Virus record (IMG/VR): IMGVR_UViG_3300017710_002137
Location: 1 to 64,000 of that record
From: a virus
DNA: 64,000 nucleotides
Strand: one strand, 5' to 3'
Made by a program: the position numbers and the translations under genes. Position 1 is the first letter of the stretch. Each line of letters starts with the position of its first letter. Below, one piece after another: positions 47,007-57,448 of this stretch. The notes beneath the pieces were generated by a model. The model was not told where the DNA came from. It searched no databases and saw only the letters and a program-made list of their open reading frames with translations.

Positions 47007-47413
47007 TGAGTATGTATAACAGAGGTATAATTGCAGGAAATTTTGATGTAATCCATCCTGGTTATATAAAGATGTTTAAAGAATGCAAATCATATTGTAA
47101 ACAATTCATAATTCTTCTTCATACAGACCCATCAATCGAAAGACCAGAAAAATTAAAACCAATTCTTACTAAAGAAGAAAGAACAGAGGTTTTAAGTTCA
47201 ATAAAATTTATAGATTCAATAGCATACTACACATATGAAGATGAGTTGGTTAAATTAATAAAAGATTTAGAGCCAGATATCAGATTTTTAGGGGATGATT
47301 ATAGAGGCAAAACATATACTGGTTTTGAATTAGATATACCCGTTCATTATCTAAACAGAGACCATGGTTGGTCAACAACCAAGTTTAAAAAACTAATTGC
47401 AGATACACTATGA
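47003..47413 (+). CDS. Cytidylyltransferase (TagD/glycerol-3-phosphate CT-like)
   Basis: GNFDVIHPGY (HxGH variant), GDDY and WSTT motifs. Confidence 0.85.
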   Translation: MMSMYNRGIIAGNFDVIHPGYIKMFKECKSYCKQFIILLHTDPSIERPEKLKPILTKEERTEVLSSIKFIDSIAYYTYEDELVKLIKDLEPDIRFLGDDYRGKTYTGFELDIPVHYLNRDHGWSTTKFKKLIADTL

Positions 47414-48858
47414 AGTTAGGAGTTTGTGTACCATATAGAAACAGAGAAGCACACCTTAAAGAATTTATACCAAGAATTGGTAAGTACCTTGAGGATAGGG
47501 GAATTGATTATCAAATTTATTTTGGTCATCAGGTAGATGATAAGTTGTTCAATAGAGGAGCAACAAAAAATATCGCTGCTGAGTGGGCATTTAAGGAAGG
47601 GTGTGATTATGTTGTGTGGCATGATATAGATATGATACCTGAACAAGGTGGGGGAGCTGATTATAGTTTTCCAAAAGAAAACCCAAGACATATCGCTACA
47701 CAAATTTCACAAATGAACTATGATTTAAAGTACGAAGAATATTTTGGAGGAGCTATTTTATTTTCCAAAGAACAAGTAGAGAGAACAAATGGTTATAGTA
47801 ATGATTATTGGGATTGGGGCATGGAGGATGATGACCTCTTTTGGAGGTGTGTCCTCGAAGGTTACACAAAAACAGATGTTATGGATTATACAACGAAACC
47901 CCAATCTTTTCTCTCGTTTAATGGTAAAGGTTCACATATAGAAATACCATGTACAAGACAATTAAGAAACTTGACTTCTCGTTCACATACAATCTCAGTA
48001 TTAGTTAGAGCACATCAACAAGAAGAAAAAGTTCCTATTTGGTTAGTTGGTGATATGGAAAGAAGATTTTGTGAGTATCCAATACTTCGTAGACCAGGTT
48101 ATGATTATGGGTTAAGTTACAACAATTCAAGAACTTACACAGCACAACTTTGGAATAATCAAAGAAATCACATCTATCAATGGATGAAGAATTATGAAAA
48201 CAGATGGGCGTGGATAACTCTTGTTGTAGATGAAAACAAAATTCATTTTTATATGAATGGAAAAGAATCTGATGCAAGATGGGGAACAGGAACACATTCA
48301 CCACAAGAATTTGAAGGTATGTTAAAACGATATGGTAATAAAAGTTATTACTTAGGAACAACAACATCAGTACCCGATGATGAACCTTCAAAGTGGTTTA
48401 GTGGAGATATTGCAGATGTTAGAATGTGGAATAGAGCCTTAACATCTGAAGAAGTATCAAATATACATAATGAAGTTGAAAATGATGGTTTAATCCTTCA
48501 TTATGATTTTGAAAATGGTTTAGTGATGGATAAATCAGATAATGATAATGATGGTATCAGTCATGATTGTGAATTTAAAACAGAAGAAATACAAATACCA
48601 CACACAACAGTACCACATAGAGTACCTGGTAGAATGTTTTGTTTAGAACATAAAGATGAAGGTTTGGTAAAGAACGAACATGGAAAAGATGTGTGGGCAA
48701 AAGGTGAAACAACTGCAAGAAATGAAAAAAGATTTGTACATCAAATGCAACAAGGAAAGTGGGATTATAAATCAGATGGTATGAATTCTTTAAAATACGA
48801 ATTAGTAAGTGTAGAAGAGATTACACCCAAAGCTAAATTTATTAATATTAAACTATGA
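47410..48858 (+). CDS. GT7 with internal LamG-like domain, copy 3
   Basis: VPYRNR, FNRG, WHDIDM, YFGG, NGYSNDYWDWGMEDDD; insert with FSGDIADVRMWNRALT..LILHYDFE; ends DGMNSLKY. Confidence 0.9.
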   Translation: MKLGVCVPYRNREAHLKEFIPRIGKYLEDRGIDYQIYFGHQVDDKLFNRGATKNIAAEWAFKEGCDYVVWHDIDMIPEQGGGADYSFPKENPRHIATQISQMNYDLKYEEYFGGAILFSKEQVERTNGYSNDYWDWGMEDDDLFWRCVLEGYTKTDVMDYTTKPQSFLSFNGKGSHIEIPCTRQLRNLTSRSHTISVLVRAHQQEEKVPIWLVGDMERRFCEYPILRRPGYDYGLSYNNSRTYTAQLWNNQRNHIYQWMKNYENRWAWITLVVDENKIHFYMNGKESDARWGTGTHSPQEFEGMLKRYGNKSYYLGTTTSVPDDEPSKWFSGDIADVRMWNRALTSEEVSNIHNEVENDGLILHYDFENGLVMDKSDNDNDGISHDCEFKTEEIQIPHTTVPHRVPGRMFCLEHKDEGLVKNEHGKDVWAKGETTARNEKRFVHQMQQGKWDYKSDGMNSLKYELVSVEEITPKAKFINIKL

Positions 48859-50273
48859 GTAAAGTAATAGGTAATAACTTTAAAGAAATGAAACAGAAGT
48901 TAGATTCTGTTGGGTGTGGGTTTTGTTTAGCAAAATGGACACAAGTTACTATGCATTTACACGATGGTACTACACATTCATGTCACCATCCAGCTCCACA
49001 TAAGATTGGGTTACGAGAAATAAAAAGAAATCATACAGCGTTACATAATAGTTCTCATAAGAAAAGAGCTAGAAAAGAAATGTTGGAAGATAAACGACCA
49101 AAGGAATGTGGATATTGTTGGAAAGTTGAAGATAACTCAAATTCTTTTTCTGATAGAATTTTTAAATCAGAAGAATCGTGGTCAAAACCATATTTTAATG
49201 AAATAAAGAATTCTCAATGGAGAGATGATTACTTACCAAAATATGTAGAAGTATCTTTTTCTAATACTTGTAATTTTAAGTGTGGATATTGTGGGCCTTC
49301 ATATTCTTCAAAATGGGTTGAGGAAATGAGAAAACATGGAGAGTTTTCCACAGGTGATAATTTTAATTCACTTACAACATTAGAAAAAGAAGATACAATA
49401 CCATATAAAAAAACAGAACATAATCCATATGTAGAGGCGTTTTGGAAATGGTGGCCAGAACTTTACCAAAGTATGGATACATTTAGAATAACTGGTGGTG
49501 AACCATTACTTTCAAAAGATACGTTTAAAGTTTTAGATGAAATAATTGAAACCGATGAACCTAATACCAACTTAAAATTATCAGTAAATAGTAATCTTTG
49601 TGTTGATGATAAACTTATAGATAAATTTATAGAAAAGGCTAAAGTAATTATCAAAGAAAAAAGAGTAAAAGAATTTATATTATATACATCAGTTGATACC
49701 TATGGTGAACAAGCTGAATATATTAGATTTGGATTGGATTTTAAACAATTATTTGATAACATCGATAAAGTACTAACAGAGATACCTGAAATGACTATTG
49801 TTGTTATGTCTACTTTCAATATTTTTTCACCATTTAATTATGAAAAATTATTAAGAAAAATATATGATTACAAAGTAAAACATTTTAATACAAAAAGATA
49901 TTGGAATTCTCCTTTAATATTAGATACATCATACTTAAGATATCCAGATTTTTTAAGTTTTAGATTACTAAAAGGATATTTAGATATTTCTTACTTTGAT
50001 AAGTTAGAAAAGTATATGAAGTTTTTTTCATCGTATAGAAGCTTGAATTCATATCAATTACAAGAGCCAACAGATAGTGGATTTTCATTAAAAGAAATAG
50101 AAAAGATATCAAGAATAAAAGATATTTTTATTGAAGATGATAAATCAGATGTAGAATTTTCTTTAGGTAAGAAAAAGTTTAAACACTACATTGCAGATTA
50201 TAAACAAAGAAGAGGATTAGATTGTGAAAAAACTTATCCTGAAATGAGTGAATTTATAAAAAATATAAAATGA
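48855..50273 (+). CDS. Radical SAM protein with N-terminal twitch/SPASM-like Cys domain
   Basis: CNFKCGYC and TGGEP; N-terminal CLAKW..CHH..CGYCW. Confidence 0.9.
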   Translation: MSKVIGNNFKEMKQKLDSVGCGFCLAKWTQVTMHLHDGTTHSCHHPAPHKIGLREIKRNHTALHNSSHKKRARKEMLEDKRPKECGYCWKVEDNSNSFSDRIFKSEESWSKPYFNEIKNSQWRDDYLPKYVEVSFSNTCNFKCGYCGPSYSSKWVEEMRKHGEFSTGDNFNSLTTLEKEDTIPYKKTEHNPYVEAFWKWWPELYQSMDTFRITGGEPLLSKDTFKVLDEIIETDEPNTNLKLSVNSNLCVDDKLIDKFIEKAKVIIKEKRVKEFILYTSVDTYGEQAEYIRFGLDFKQLFDNIDKVLTEIPEMTIVVMSTFNIFSPFNYEKLLRKIYDYKVKHFNTKRYWNSPLILDTSYLRYPDFLSFRLLKGYLDISYFDKLEKYMKFFSSYRSLNSYQLQEPTDSGFSLKEIEKISRIKDIFIEDDKSDVEFSLGKKKFKHYIADYKQRRGLDCEKTYPEMSEFIKNIK

Positions 50274-51016
50274 TAATAAATTATAAACAACCATATTGGA
50301 TAAAATATGAATGGGATTTGGGAGAACACAAAGACCATCAATATGTTACAGAATTTAACAAAAGTGAATCAGATAAAATATCTAATTTATTTCACCAACT
50401 AAATTATTCAATTAATATTGATTTTAAGTTGGATAAAGATTTGGAATCTGATAACATCTTCTGTATATTTGGAAAACCTGGTAAAAACTTTGGATTAACA
50501 TACAACCAAGAAGCTGATACTTTAGCTTTAGAGTTTTGGACGGAAGCCACAACAAAAGTTGCAGGTGATGACTTTAAGTATTTACCATTTCATGGTGTGA
50601 AATACGATGAATTATCTAAGGGTGTTGTTATAACAATTATTAGAAATAATGATGAGTTCATCATATATAAAAATTTTGAAAAAATAGGTGAAATTGATTT
50701 TGATAAAAACTTAATCGATGATTACCGAACCGAAGGGTTATACTTGGGTACAGGCAATCCTGGTACAGAAGTACCTGAACATAGATATCATGGTTCTGTT
50801 GATATAGATACATTATTCTTTATCGAAGATATAACAGATATTGATATTGTGAAAAAAGTATATGAAACTGATGTTAATAATTTAAATAAGTTGGATGAAT
50901 ATAAAAATATTATATTTAATTATGATTTCAATACAATTAATAATCAAGGAATCATATATGATAATTCAGAAAACGCGTTTTTTATAGAACAAGTACCAAG
51001 TGAATTTATAAAATAG
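50270..51016 (+). CDS. Stand-alone LamG/ConA-like domain protein
   Basis: Beta-rich, with PG.N.GL.YN, LYLG.GN and IFNYDF segments resembling the inserts in the GT7 genes. Confidence 0.55.
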   Translation: MIINYKQPYWIKYEWDLGEHKDHQYVTEFNKSESDKISNLFHQLNYSINIDFKLDKDLESDNIFCIFGKPGKNFGLTYNQEADTLALEFWTEATTKVAGDDFKYLPFHGVKYDELSKGVVITIIRNNDEFIIYKNFEKIGEIDFDKNLIDDYRTEGLYLGTGNPGTEVPEHRYHGSVDIDTLFFIEDITDIDIVKKVYETDVNNLNKLDEYKNIIFNYDFNTINNQGIIYDNSENAFFIEQVPSEFIK

Positions 51017-51024
51017 GAAATAAT

Positions 51025-52482
51025 ATGTCAACAGAAAGTTTAAGAAAATGGAGAGATGAAAATCTCAATAGTATATCACCAAGTTTTTGTGCAGCAAAAT
51101 GGTACAATGTATCTTTACACTTAGGACATGGTTTTAAAAACTCGTGTCATTTACCTTTACCACATCCAATTGATGTAGAAAAGTTAAAAGATAGACCGAG
51201 TGAATTACACAATACAGATTTCTCAAAAAGACAGAGAAAGATGATGTTAGAAGGTAAAAGACCAGCCGAATGTTCTTATTGTTGGAAGATTGAGGATATT
51301 GGTAGAGATAATATCGCTGATAGAATTTATAAATCAAGAATCTATAAAGAAGAAGATATTGCAGCTATAAAAGATGTTCCATGGGATGCTGATATTATTC
51401 CAAAAACCATCGAAGCTTCCTTTGATAGAGTTTGTAATTTTGCTTGTTCATATTGTAACGCAGGATACTCAACTACATGGGGTAAGGATATTGATAAGTT
51501 CGGACCTTATCAAAAGTTTAAATCCGTATCAGCTGGAGCATATCAAAACAATGGAGAATGGGCGGATGCTAATGGTAAATACAATGAACAAAATCCATAT
51601 GTAGATGCTTTCTTAAAATGGTGGCCAGAATTAATCGAAGGAGGATTGGAAGAAATAAGAATTACAGGTGGTGAACCATGTGCATCTCCAAACTTTTGGA
51701 GTTTCTTGGATACCATGAAAGATTACCCATCTGAAAAACTTAGATTGGCTGTAAATTCCAATTTAGGTGGTAACTTTAAAAGAATACAACGATTAATTGA
51801 TGCATCATATCAGTTACCAATTAAAGAATTTGATTTATATACATCTAATGAATCATTCGGAGCTCATGCTGAATATATTAGAGATGGGTTAATTTATCCT
51901 GAATGGAGAAGTCATATGGTTGCGTTTCTTGAAGGAGTAAATAAAGATATATTTCGTTCTTTAACAGTAATGATGACAATTAACTCACTATGTTTATTCT
52001 CAATAGATGAATTCTTAGATGATATGATTGTATTAAAAAGAAAATATGGTTCTAATAGACCTAATGTTGATTTTAATATCTTAAGATGGCCAGCATTTAT
52101 GTCTCCATTAGCATTACCAAATGATGTAAAGGAATTCTTACACAATAAATTAAAAACTTGGTTTGAAACAAGAAAACAAGATAAAGATTTTTATCAGTTA
52201 TTTAGTGATGGAGAAATTGCACAGATAGAAAGATTAGTAGATTACATTGAAGTTGTACAAACAGGTCATGTTACTACTGAAGGAGAAAATGATACTCACT
52301 TTCACGATTTTAAATCATTCTATGAACAATATGATAAAAGAAGAGGTAAGGATTTTTGTAAAACCTTTCCAGAACTTGCAGTGTGGTATAATAAAATAGA
52401 GGTTGATAAAACAATACCAGATGTACCTATTAAACCAGGAGATATAACTCACTACGAAGATGGTGAATATAAACCAAACTAA
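51025..52482 (+). CDS. Radical SAM protein, paralog of 48855..50273
   Basis: CNFACSYC and TGGEP; N-terminal CAAKW..CH..CSYCW. Confidence 0.9.
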   Translation: MSTESLRKWRDENLNSISPSFCAAKWYNVSLHLGHGFKNSCHLPLPHPIDVEKLKDRPSELHNTDFSKRQRKMMLEGKRPAECSYCWKIEDIGRDNIADRIYKSRIYKEEDIAAIKDVPWDADIIPKTIEASFDRVCNFACSYCNAGYSTTWGKDIDKFGPYQKFKSVSAGAYQNNGEWADANGKYNEQNPYVDAFLKWWPELIEGGLEEIRITGGEPCASPNFWSFLDTMKDYPSEKLRLAVNSNLGGNFKRIQRLIDASYQLPIKEFDLYTSNESFGAHAEYIRDGLIYPEWRSHMVAFLEGVNKDIFRSLTVMMTINSLCLFSIDEFLDDMIVLKRKYGSNRPNVDFNILRWPAFMSPLALPNDVKEFLHNKLKTWFETRKQDKDFYQLFSDGEIAQIERLVDYIEVVQTGHVTTEGENDTHFHDFKSFYEQYDKRRGKDFCKTFPELAVWYNKIEVDKTIPDVPIKPGDITHYEDGEYKPN

Positions 52483-53781
52483 ATGAATTTTGTTATAAGT
52501 GATACAGAAAACCACATTGTAAATGATGGTGGGGTTTTCAAAAATAAAGTAGGTAGTAATAGATTTACTCTTGCACCTATATTTAATGCTATGAGAATTT
52601 CAAGTGGAAATATAAACCACAATTTGTTTAAAGTAGATACGTTTACAAAAGATTCTAAACCAGAAAAATATATAATTCCACTTGGTGTTCATAATGACCC
52701 TCACAATTGGGGTGGTGGAAAAACATCCAAGTATGAAGATTACGAATCATTATTTGATTTATTAGATTCTGATTATTTGGAAGATTTAAAAAACGAAAAG
52801 GCTTTTTTACTTATAGATAGTTCTTTTGAAGGATATCATGATGATTGGATATTTGAATTTTTTCATATTGAATGTAAAGAGAGAAACATAAATCCAAACT
52901 ACATAATATTCGTTACAGGAAATTCAATAGTGGAAGATTGTTATTCAGATTGGTTAAAAAATAACCCACAACAAAAAAATATTAAGGTTGTACCATATTC
53001 TCATTTTGAGTTTGATACTTATTTATTATCAAATGATTTACCACCTGGAAATGATAACTTCCCTCCTACTTTTGAAGAACATATTGAATATAAATCAAAA
53101 AACAAAATTGTATCGTTTTGTAATCTAAATAAAAAACCAAGAAGGCATAGAATAAACTTTTATTCTTTATTACATAAAAATGATTTATTAAAAGATGGAC
53201 TTGTTAGTATGAATTATTTTCATGAATCAGTTGAGTTTTGTAATTATAAACTTACTGAAGATGAAACTAATGAAATAAAAAAAACACTACCAAGTTTAAT
53301 TTATAATACATCTAATGAAACATATGACCCAAATTATTATGTTACTCGATTTAATGATAAGGTTTGCTTAGATAGTTACTTTTCAGTTATTAGTGAAGCA
53401 CAATATGAAGATACTCAGAGAACAATATTCTTAAGTGAAAAGATTTTTAAAGTAATGATGTGTTCACACCCATTCATGGTGTTAGGAAATAAACACTCAT
53501 TAAAAGAATTAAAAAAACTTGGATATAAAACATTTGATAAATGGATAGATGAATCTTATGATGAAATGGATGATTGTAGAAGGTTTGAAAAAATAGTAGA
53601 TAATCTAAAAAAAATTGTTTCAATTGAAGATAAGATAAGTTGGTTTAAGGAAATGGAAGATGTAATAAAACATAACAGAAATCAAATTAAAATAAATACA
53701 ACAGAAAACATATCATATGCATTTAATTCAGTACATACTTATTTTAATGAATTTAACAAAAAAGATAGTAAATTAATATGA
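52483..53781 (+). CDS. Putative GT-B glycosyltransferase, GT10-like 'SEK' family, copy 1
   Basis: LNKKPRRHR, SYFSVISE, FLSEKIFK..HPF and IDESYD motifs. Confidence 0.55.
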   Translation: MNFVISDTENHIVNDGGVFKNKVGSNRFTLAPIFNAMRISSGNINHNLFKVDTFTKDSKPEKYIIPLGVHNDPHNWGGGKTSKYEDYESLFDLLDSDYLEDLKNEKAFLLIDSSFEGYHDDWIFEFFHIECKERNINPNYIIFVTGNSIVEDCYSDWLKNNPQQKNIKVVPYSHFEFDTYLLSNDLPPGNDNFPPTFEEHIEYKSKNKIVSFCNLNKKPRRHRINFYSLLHKNDLLKDGLVSMNYFHESVEFCNYKLTEDETNEIKKTLPSLIYNTSNETYDPNYYVTRFNDKVCLDSYFSVISEAQYEDTQRTIFLSEKIFKVMMCSHPFMVLGNKHSLKELKKLGYKTFDKWIDESYDEMDDCRRFEKIVDNLKKIVSIEDKISWFKEMEDVIKHNRNQIKINTTENISYAFNSVHTYFNEFNKKDSKLI

Positions 53782-55139
53782 ATGTAAATTTCGTATATAG
53801 TGATTTTTCTGATAATGGTAGGGCATTACCAAATTGTTCTGCCCAACATCCAAACTTTCATTGGTTTGATTCTACAAACTTTTTTTCATCTTACTTAAAT
53901 GATGATGAGAATAATTTTACATATTGGGAAGATACTGAAAAGTTTAATATAGTAAAACATAAACTAAATAGTGTAATAAGTAATCCAACTGAGCCTTTCT
54001 TTTTTATGGTATCCCATCCGGGTCTTTGTTATAATGAAATGGATAGTCTACATAATTTAGGAATAAAACCACAAATAATAAAAAGGTTAAAAACAAATCA
54101 AAACTTTTATTTAGTTTACTTGTTAGAACATGAATCAGATTCTATAAGTGGATTAAATGTTTTGGTAGACAAATTAAATAAACTTGGAATCAGTCACAAA
54201 ACTATTATTTGTAATAATAATTCTCGTATAAAAGAAAACTTTGAAAAGGTAAAAAAGATTCATAACTACGATAGTACAGCAAGGGTACACAAGTTAAACT
54301 TTTTAACATGGTCAACACTACAAGTTCTAACATTCGAAAATTCAGATTTTAAAGCTTATCCATTTGAGTGGAAAGAGAATAAAGATGGAAAGTTTTTTAT
54401 GTGTAGAAATAAAGGTGGAAAGCCACATAGAATGGCAATGTTAGCTTTTATTAGAGCTTTTAAGGAATTTGAAAATAATGTAAACTACTCTTTTATTGGT
54501 AATCCCTTATATGGTGATTTGGTAAGAAAAATGAAAGATTTTTTTTCCTTTCAATTTATTATAGATAACTCAAGAGATATTTTTGAACTTATGAATTTTT
54601 ATAAGGAAGATGATTATGAAAGTGGGTTAAATTGGGTAGATGAAAAAACAGGAGAATTTAAACATAAGAATTTAGCTCCGATATATTTAGTACCAGAGTT
54701 ACATGAAGCTTTTGGTAATTCGTATATGAATATAGTAACAGAATCTGCATATTTTTCTGAAGAAGAAGTGGTTCACATTACAGAAAAAAGTTTTAGACCA
54801 TTTTTTTACTACCAGTTTCCAATATTTTTAGCATCACCATATCATGTTAAACAACTTAAAGATTGGGGATTTGATTTATTTGATGATTTGATAGACCACT
54901 CATATGATTTAGAAGAGGATGATATGATTCGTTTTCAAATGCTTACAAAAGAATTATTAAGAATCAATTCTGATAAACAAAAGTTTATAGATTTATATCC
55001 AAAACTAAAAGATAGGTTCTTTAAAAATAAAGAAGTATTTTTAAATTTAGCACATGATGTAAAAAAACAAGATATAGAGTTTTTTAAAAACTTTATAATT
55101 GAATATAAAGAAGATATTTCAAATAAACCAATAATATGA
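53778..55139 (+). CDS. Putative GT-B glycosyltransferase, GT10-like 'TEK' family, copy 2
   Basis: KPHR, SYMNIVTES, HITEKSFRPF and IDHSYD motifs. Confidence 0.55.
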   Translation: MNVNFVYSDFSDNGRALPNCSAQHPNFHWFDSTNFFSSYLNDDENNFTYWEDTEKFNIVKHKLNSVISNPTEPFFFMVSHPGLCYNEMDSLHNLGIKPQIIKRLKTNQNFYLVYLLEHESDSISGLNVLVDKLNKLGISHKTIICNNNSRIKENFEKVKKIHNYDSTARVHKLNFLTWSTLQVLTFENSDFKAYPFEWKENKDGKFFMCRNKGGKPHRMAMLAFIRAFKEFENNVNYSFIGNPLYGDLVRKMKDFFSFQFIIDNSRDIFELMNFYKEDDYESGLNWVDEKTGEFKHKNLAPIYLVPELHEAFGNSYMNIVTESAYFSEEEVVHITEKSFRPFFYYQFPIFLASPYHVKQLKDWGFDLFDDLIDHSYDLEEDDMIRFQMLTKELLRINSDKQKFIDLYPKLKDRFFKNKEVFLNLAHDVKKQDIEFFKNFIIEYKEDISNKPII

Positions 55140-55747
55140 GATTAATTGCATTTGGAGACAGTTGGACTGCAGGACATGGTGTAGAAACTGATTCTACATA
55201 TAAAGAAATTGTAAATCCTCCAACATTTATTGAAAAACTTAGAGAACAAAATTCATGGCCAAGGTGGTTATCTGAAAAATTGGGGATTCCCTATGTTAAT
55301 ATGGGATATTGTGGATTTGGAAATGAATATATCTTAAATGAGGTTGAAAAGGCTAAAAAGTTTATACAAAAAGATGATATTGTTGTAGTAGTTTTTACAT
55401 ATCCCTTTAGATATAAAAAATATAGTAAACTTACACCCTTTCAAATATTCCAAATGTTTGAAAATCAATTAATTGGACATAAAAGATTTTATTTTAATGG
55501 ATTTTATCCACTTTTGGAAGATGAGTATCACAATAAACTACCTAAAAACTATATTAATCCAAAAGGAACACTTTCTTATATACTGCAGGTAGAAGAAGTT
55601 GAGAAAGGAACTAATGTTTGGGAGTATGGAAGTAAATCTGTTTGGAATGATGAAAAAAACTACTATGAGGGAGATTATCATCCAAACTTAAATGGATATA
55701 AAATCATATCAGACTTTATGTTTAACGAAATACAAAAAATTTTATAA
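55136..55747 (+). CDS. SGNH/GDSL hydrolase-like protein
   Basis: FGDSWTAG, NMG..G and DYHPNLNGY motifs. Confidence 0.8.
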   Translation: MRLIAFGDSWTAGHGVETDSTYKEIVNPPTFIEKLREQNSWPRWLSEKLGIPYVNMGYCGFGNEYILNEVEKAKKFIQKDDIVVVVFTYPFRYKKYSKLTPFQIFQMFENQLIGHKRFYFNGFYPLLEDEYHNKLPKNYINPKGTLSYILQVEEVEKGTNVWEYGSKSVWNDEKNYYEGDYHPNLNGYKIISDFMFNEIQKIL

Positions 55748-56490
55748 TGGGAGTACAAACAAATGAACATAAAAACATATGGAACACTCATATAGAATTA
55801 TTTAGAGATAAGTTAAGTGATTATAAAATAAAATCATATAATGATAACTATTCTGCTGTTATAATGGAAACTCGTGAACACCCACATTTAGAAACTGTTA
55901 TAAAAAATACAATGTATTATTTGAATGAATCAGATTCTAATAACAAATGGAAGTTAGAAATATTTCATGGTAATCTAAACAAAGAATTCTGTGAAAAAAT
56001 AGTAGAAGGTATTGATAATGTTGAATTACATCACATTGATTATGATTCTATGGGATTGTATGATTATGATTCAGTATTTAGAACAACAGAGTTTTGGAAA
56101 ACAATAACATCTGATACTATTTTAATATTTCAAGCAGATACTGTATTGTTAAAACATGGAATTGATGAGTTTTTAAAATATTCGTATGTTGGAGCTCCAT
56201 GGTTAAAACCAAAAGAGGGTAAATATGTTGGAAATGGTGGATTGGCATTACGAAATAAACAAAAAATGATAGAAGTTATAGAAAACTATCCAAACGATAA
56301 CTATTTTAAAGAAGATATTTACTTTATAAAATATTTAAATGATGAAGATATAGCACCAATTGAGGTTGCACAAAGATTTGCGGTTGAAGATTTATATTAT
56401 AATGACCCATTTGGGTTACATCAACCAAAAATTCAATACAAATATTTAAAAATATTGATGAAACGAGGTATAAACAACATAAATTATTAA
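55747..56490 (+). CDS. DUF5672-like putative glycosyltransferase
   Basis: ILIFQAD, YSYVGAPW, VGNGGLALR, EDIYF and FAVE..PFGLH motifs. Confidence 0.75.
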   Translation: MGVQTNEHKNIWNTHIELFRDKLSDYKIKSYNDNYSAVIMETREHPHLETVIKNTMYYLNESDSNNKWKLEIFHGNLNKEFCEKIVEGIDNVELHHIDYDSMGLYDYDSVFRTTEFWKTITSDTILIFQADTVLLKHGIDEFLKYSYVGAPWLKPKEGKYVGNGGLALRNKQKMIEVIENYPNDNYFKEDIYFIKYLNDEDIAPIEVAQRFAVEDLYYNDPFGLHQPKIQYKYLKILMKRGINNINY

Positions 56491-56491
56491 T

Positions 56492-57448
56492 ATGAGTTAC
56501 TTTAACAACAAAGAAGTGGTAATTACTGGTGGAGCAGGATTCCTTGCAACACACTTTATAACAGAATTAAATAAATTGGGTGCCAACATTACTACACATA
56601 CACATAATTCTCCTTTACAAGTAAGTAAAGAGATACAAAAAGATATTACTATACTTGAAAATATAGATTTAAACAACCTTGATGATGCAATCAAACTCAC
56701 AAGTGGTGTAGATTTGGTAATTCATTGTGCAGGTCATGTTTTACATCCTGGTTCAGTACGAACTGATATACAAGGTTCACTTGGAAACATCACCTTACTT
56801 GGAAATGTACTTGATGCGTGTGCTAGGAATGAAGTAGATTCGTTTTTTGACCTAAATTCATCAACTGGTTATCCCGATAGAAGATATCCTGTGAAGGAAG
56901 ATGAGTTTTGGGATGAAGAACCTTACATTGCGTACTTTGGTTATGGTTGGATGAGAAGATATAGAGAAAAATTGATGGAACATACTTCAAACTTCTCTAA
57001 ATTAAAGATATTCTTAGGTAGAGGTTCAGCAATCTTCGGGCCTAATGATAATTTTAACGTAAAAACTTGTCATGTGATACCTGCAATCATTAATCGTATG
57101 TTAGGTGGTGAAAATCCATTCACTGCTTGGGGTTCACCTGATGTTGTAAGGGATTTCTTGTATGTTAAGGATGTGATTAAGGGTGCATTAACAATAATCG
57201 AACATGGTAATCCAATGGAGCCTTATAATGTTGGGTATGGAGCACCAATTACGATTGGAGATATAGTAAACACGATTCAAAAAGTATCTGGTCTTACACC
57301 AGAAATAGTTTGGGATAATTCGAAACCAACTACGATACCTTTTAGGATGGTTAGTACCGAAAAAATAAATAATCTTGGATTTAAGCCAAGTTATACTTTT
57401 GAAGAAGGTATTAGAGAAACAATTGAATGGTTTAAACAAAACAAATGA
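56492..57448 (+). CDS. NAD-dependent epimerase/reductase, GDP-L-fucose synthase-like
   Basis: TGGAGFL, FGPNDNF...CHVIPAII and WG....RDFLYV motifs; catalytic YGWMR. Confidence 0.78.
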   Translation: MSYFNNKEVVITGGAGFLATHFITELNKLGANITTHTHNSPLQVSKEIQKDITILENIDLNNLDDAIKLTSGVDLVIHCAGHVLHPGSVRTDIQGSLGNITLLGNVLDACARNEVDSFFDLNSSTGYPDRRYPVKEDEFWDEEPYIAYFGYGWMRRYREKLMEHTSNFSKLKIFLGRGSAIFGPNDNFNVKTCHVIPAIINRMLGGENPFTAWGSPDVVRDFLYVKDVIKGALTIIEHGNPMEPYNVGYGAPITIGDIVNTIQKVSGLTPEIVWDNSKPTTIPFRMVSTEKINNLGFKPSYTFEEGIRETIEWFKQNK

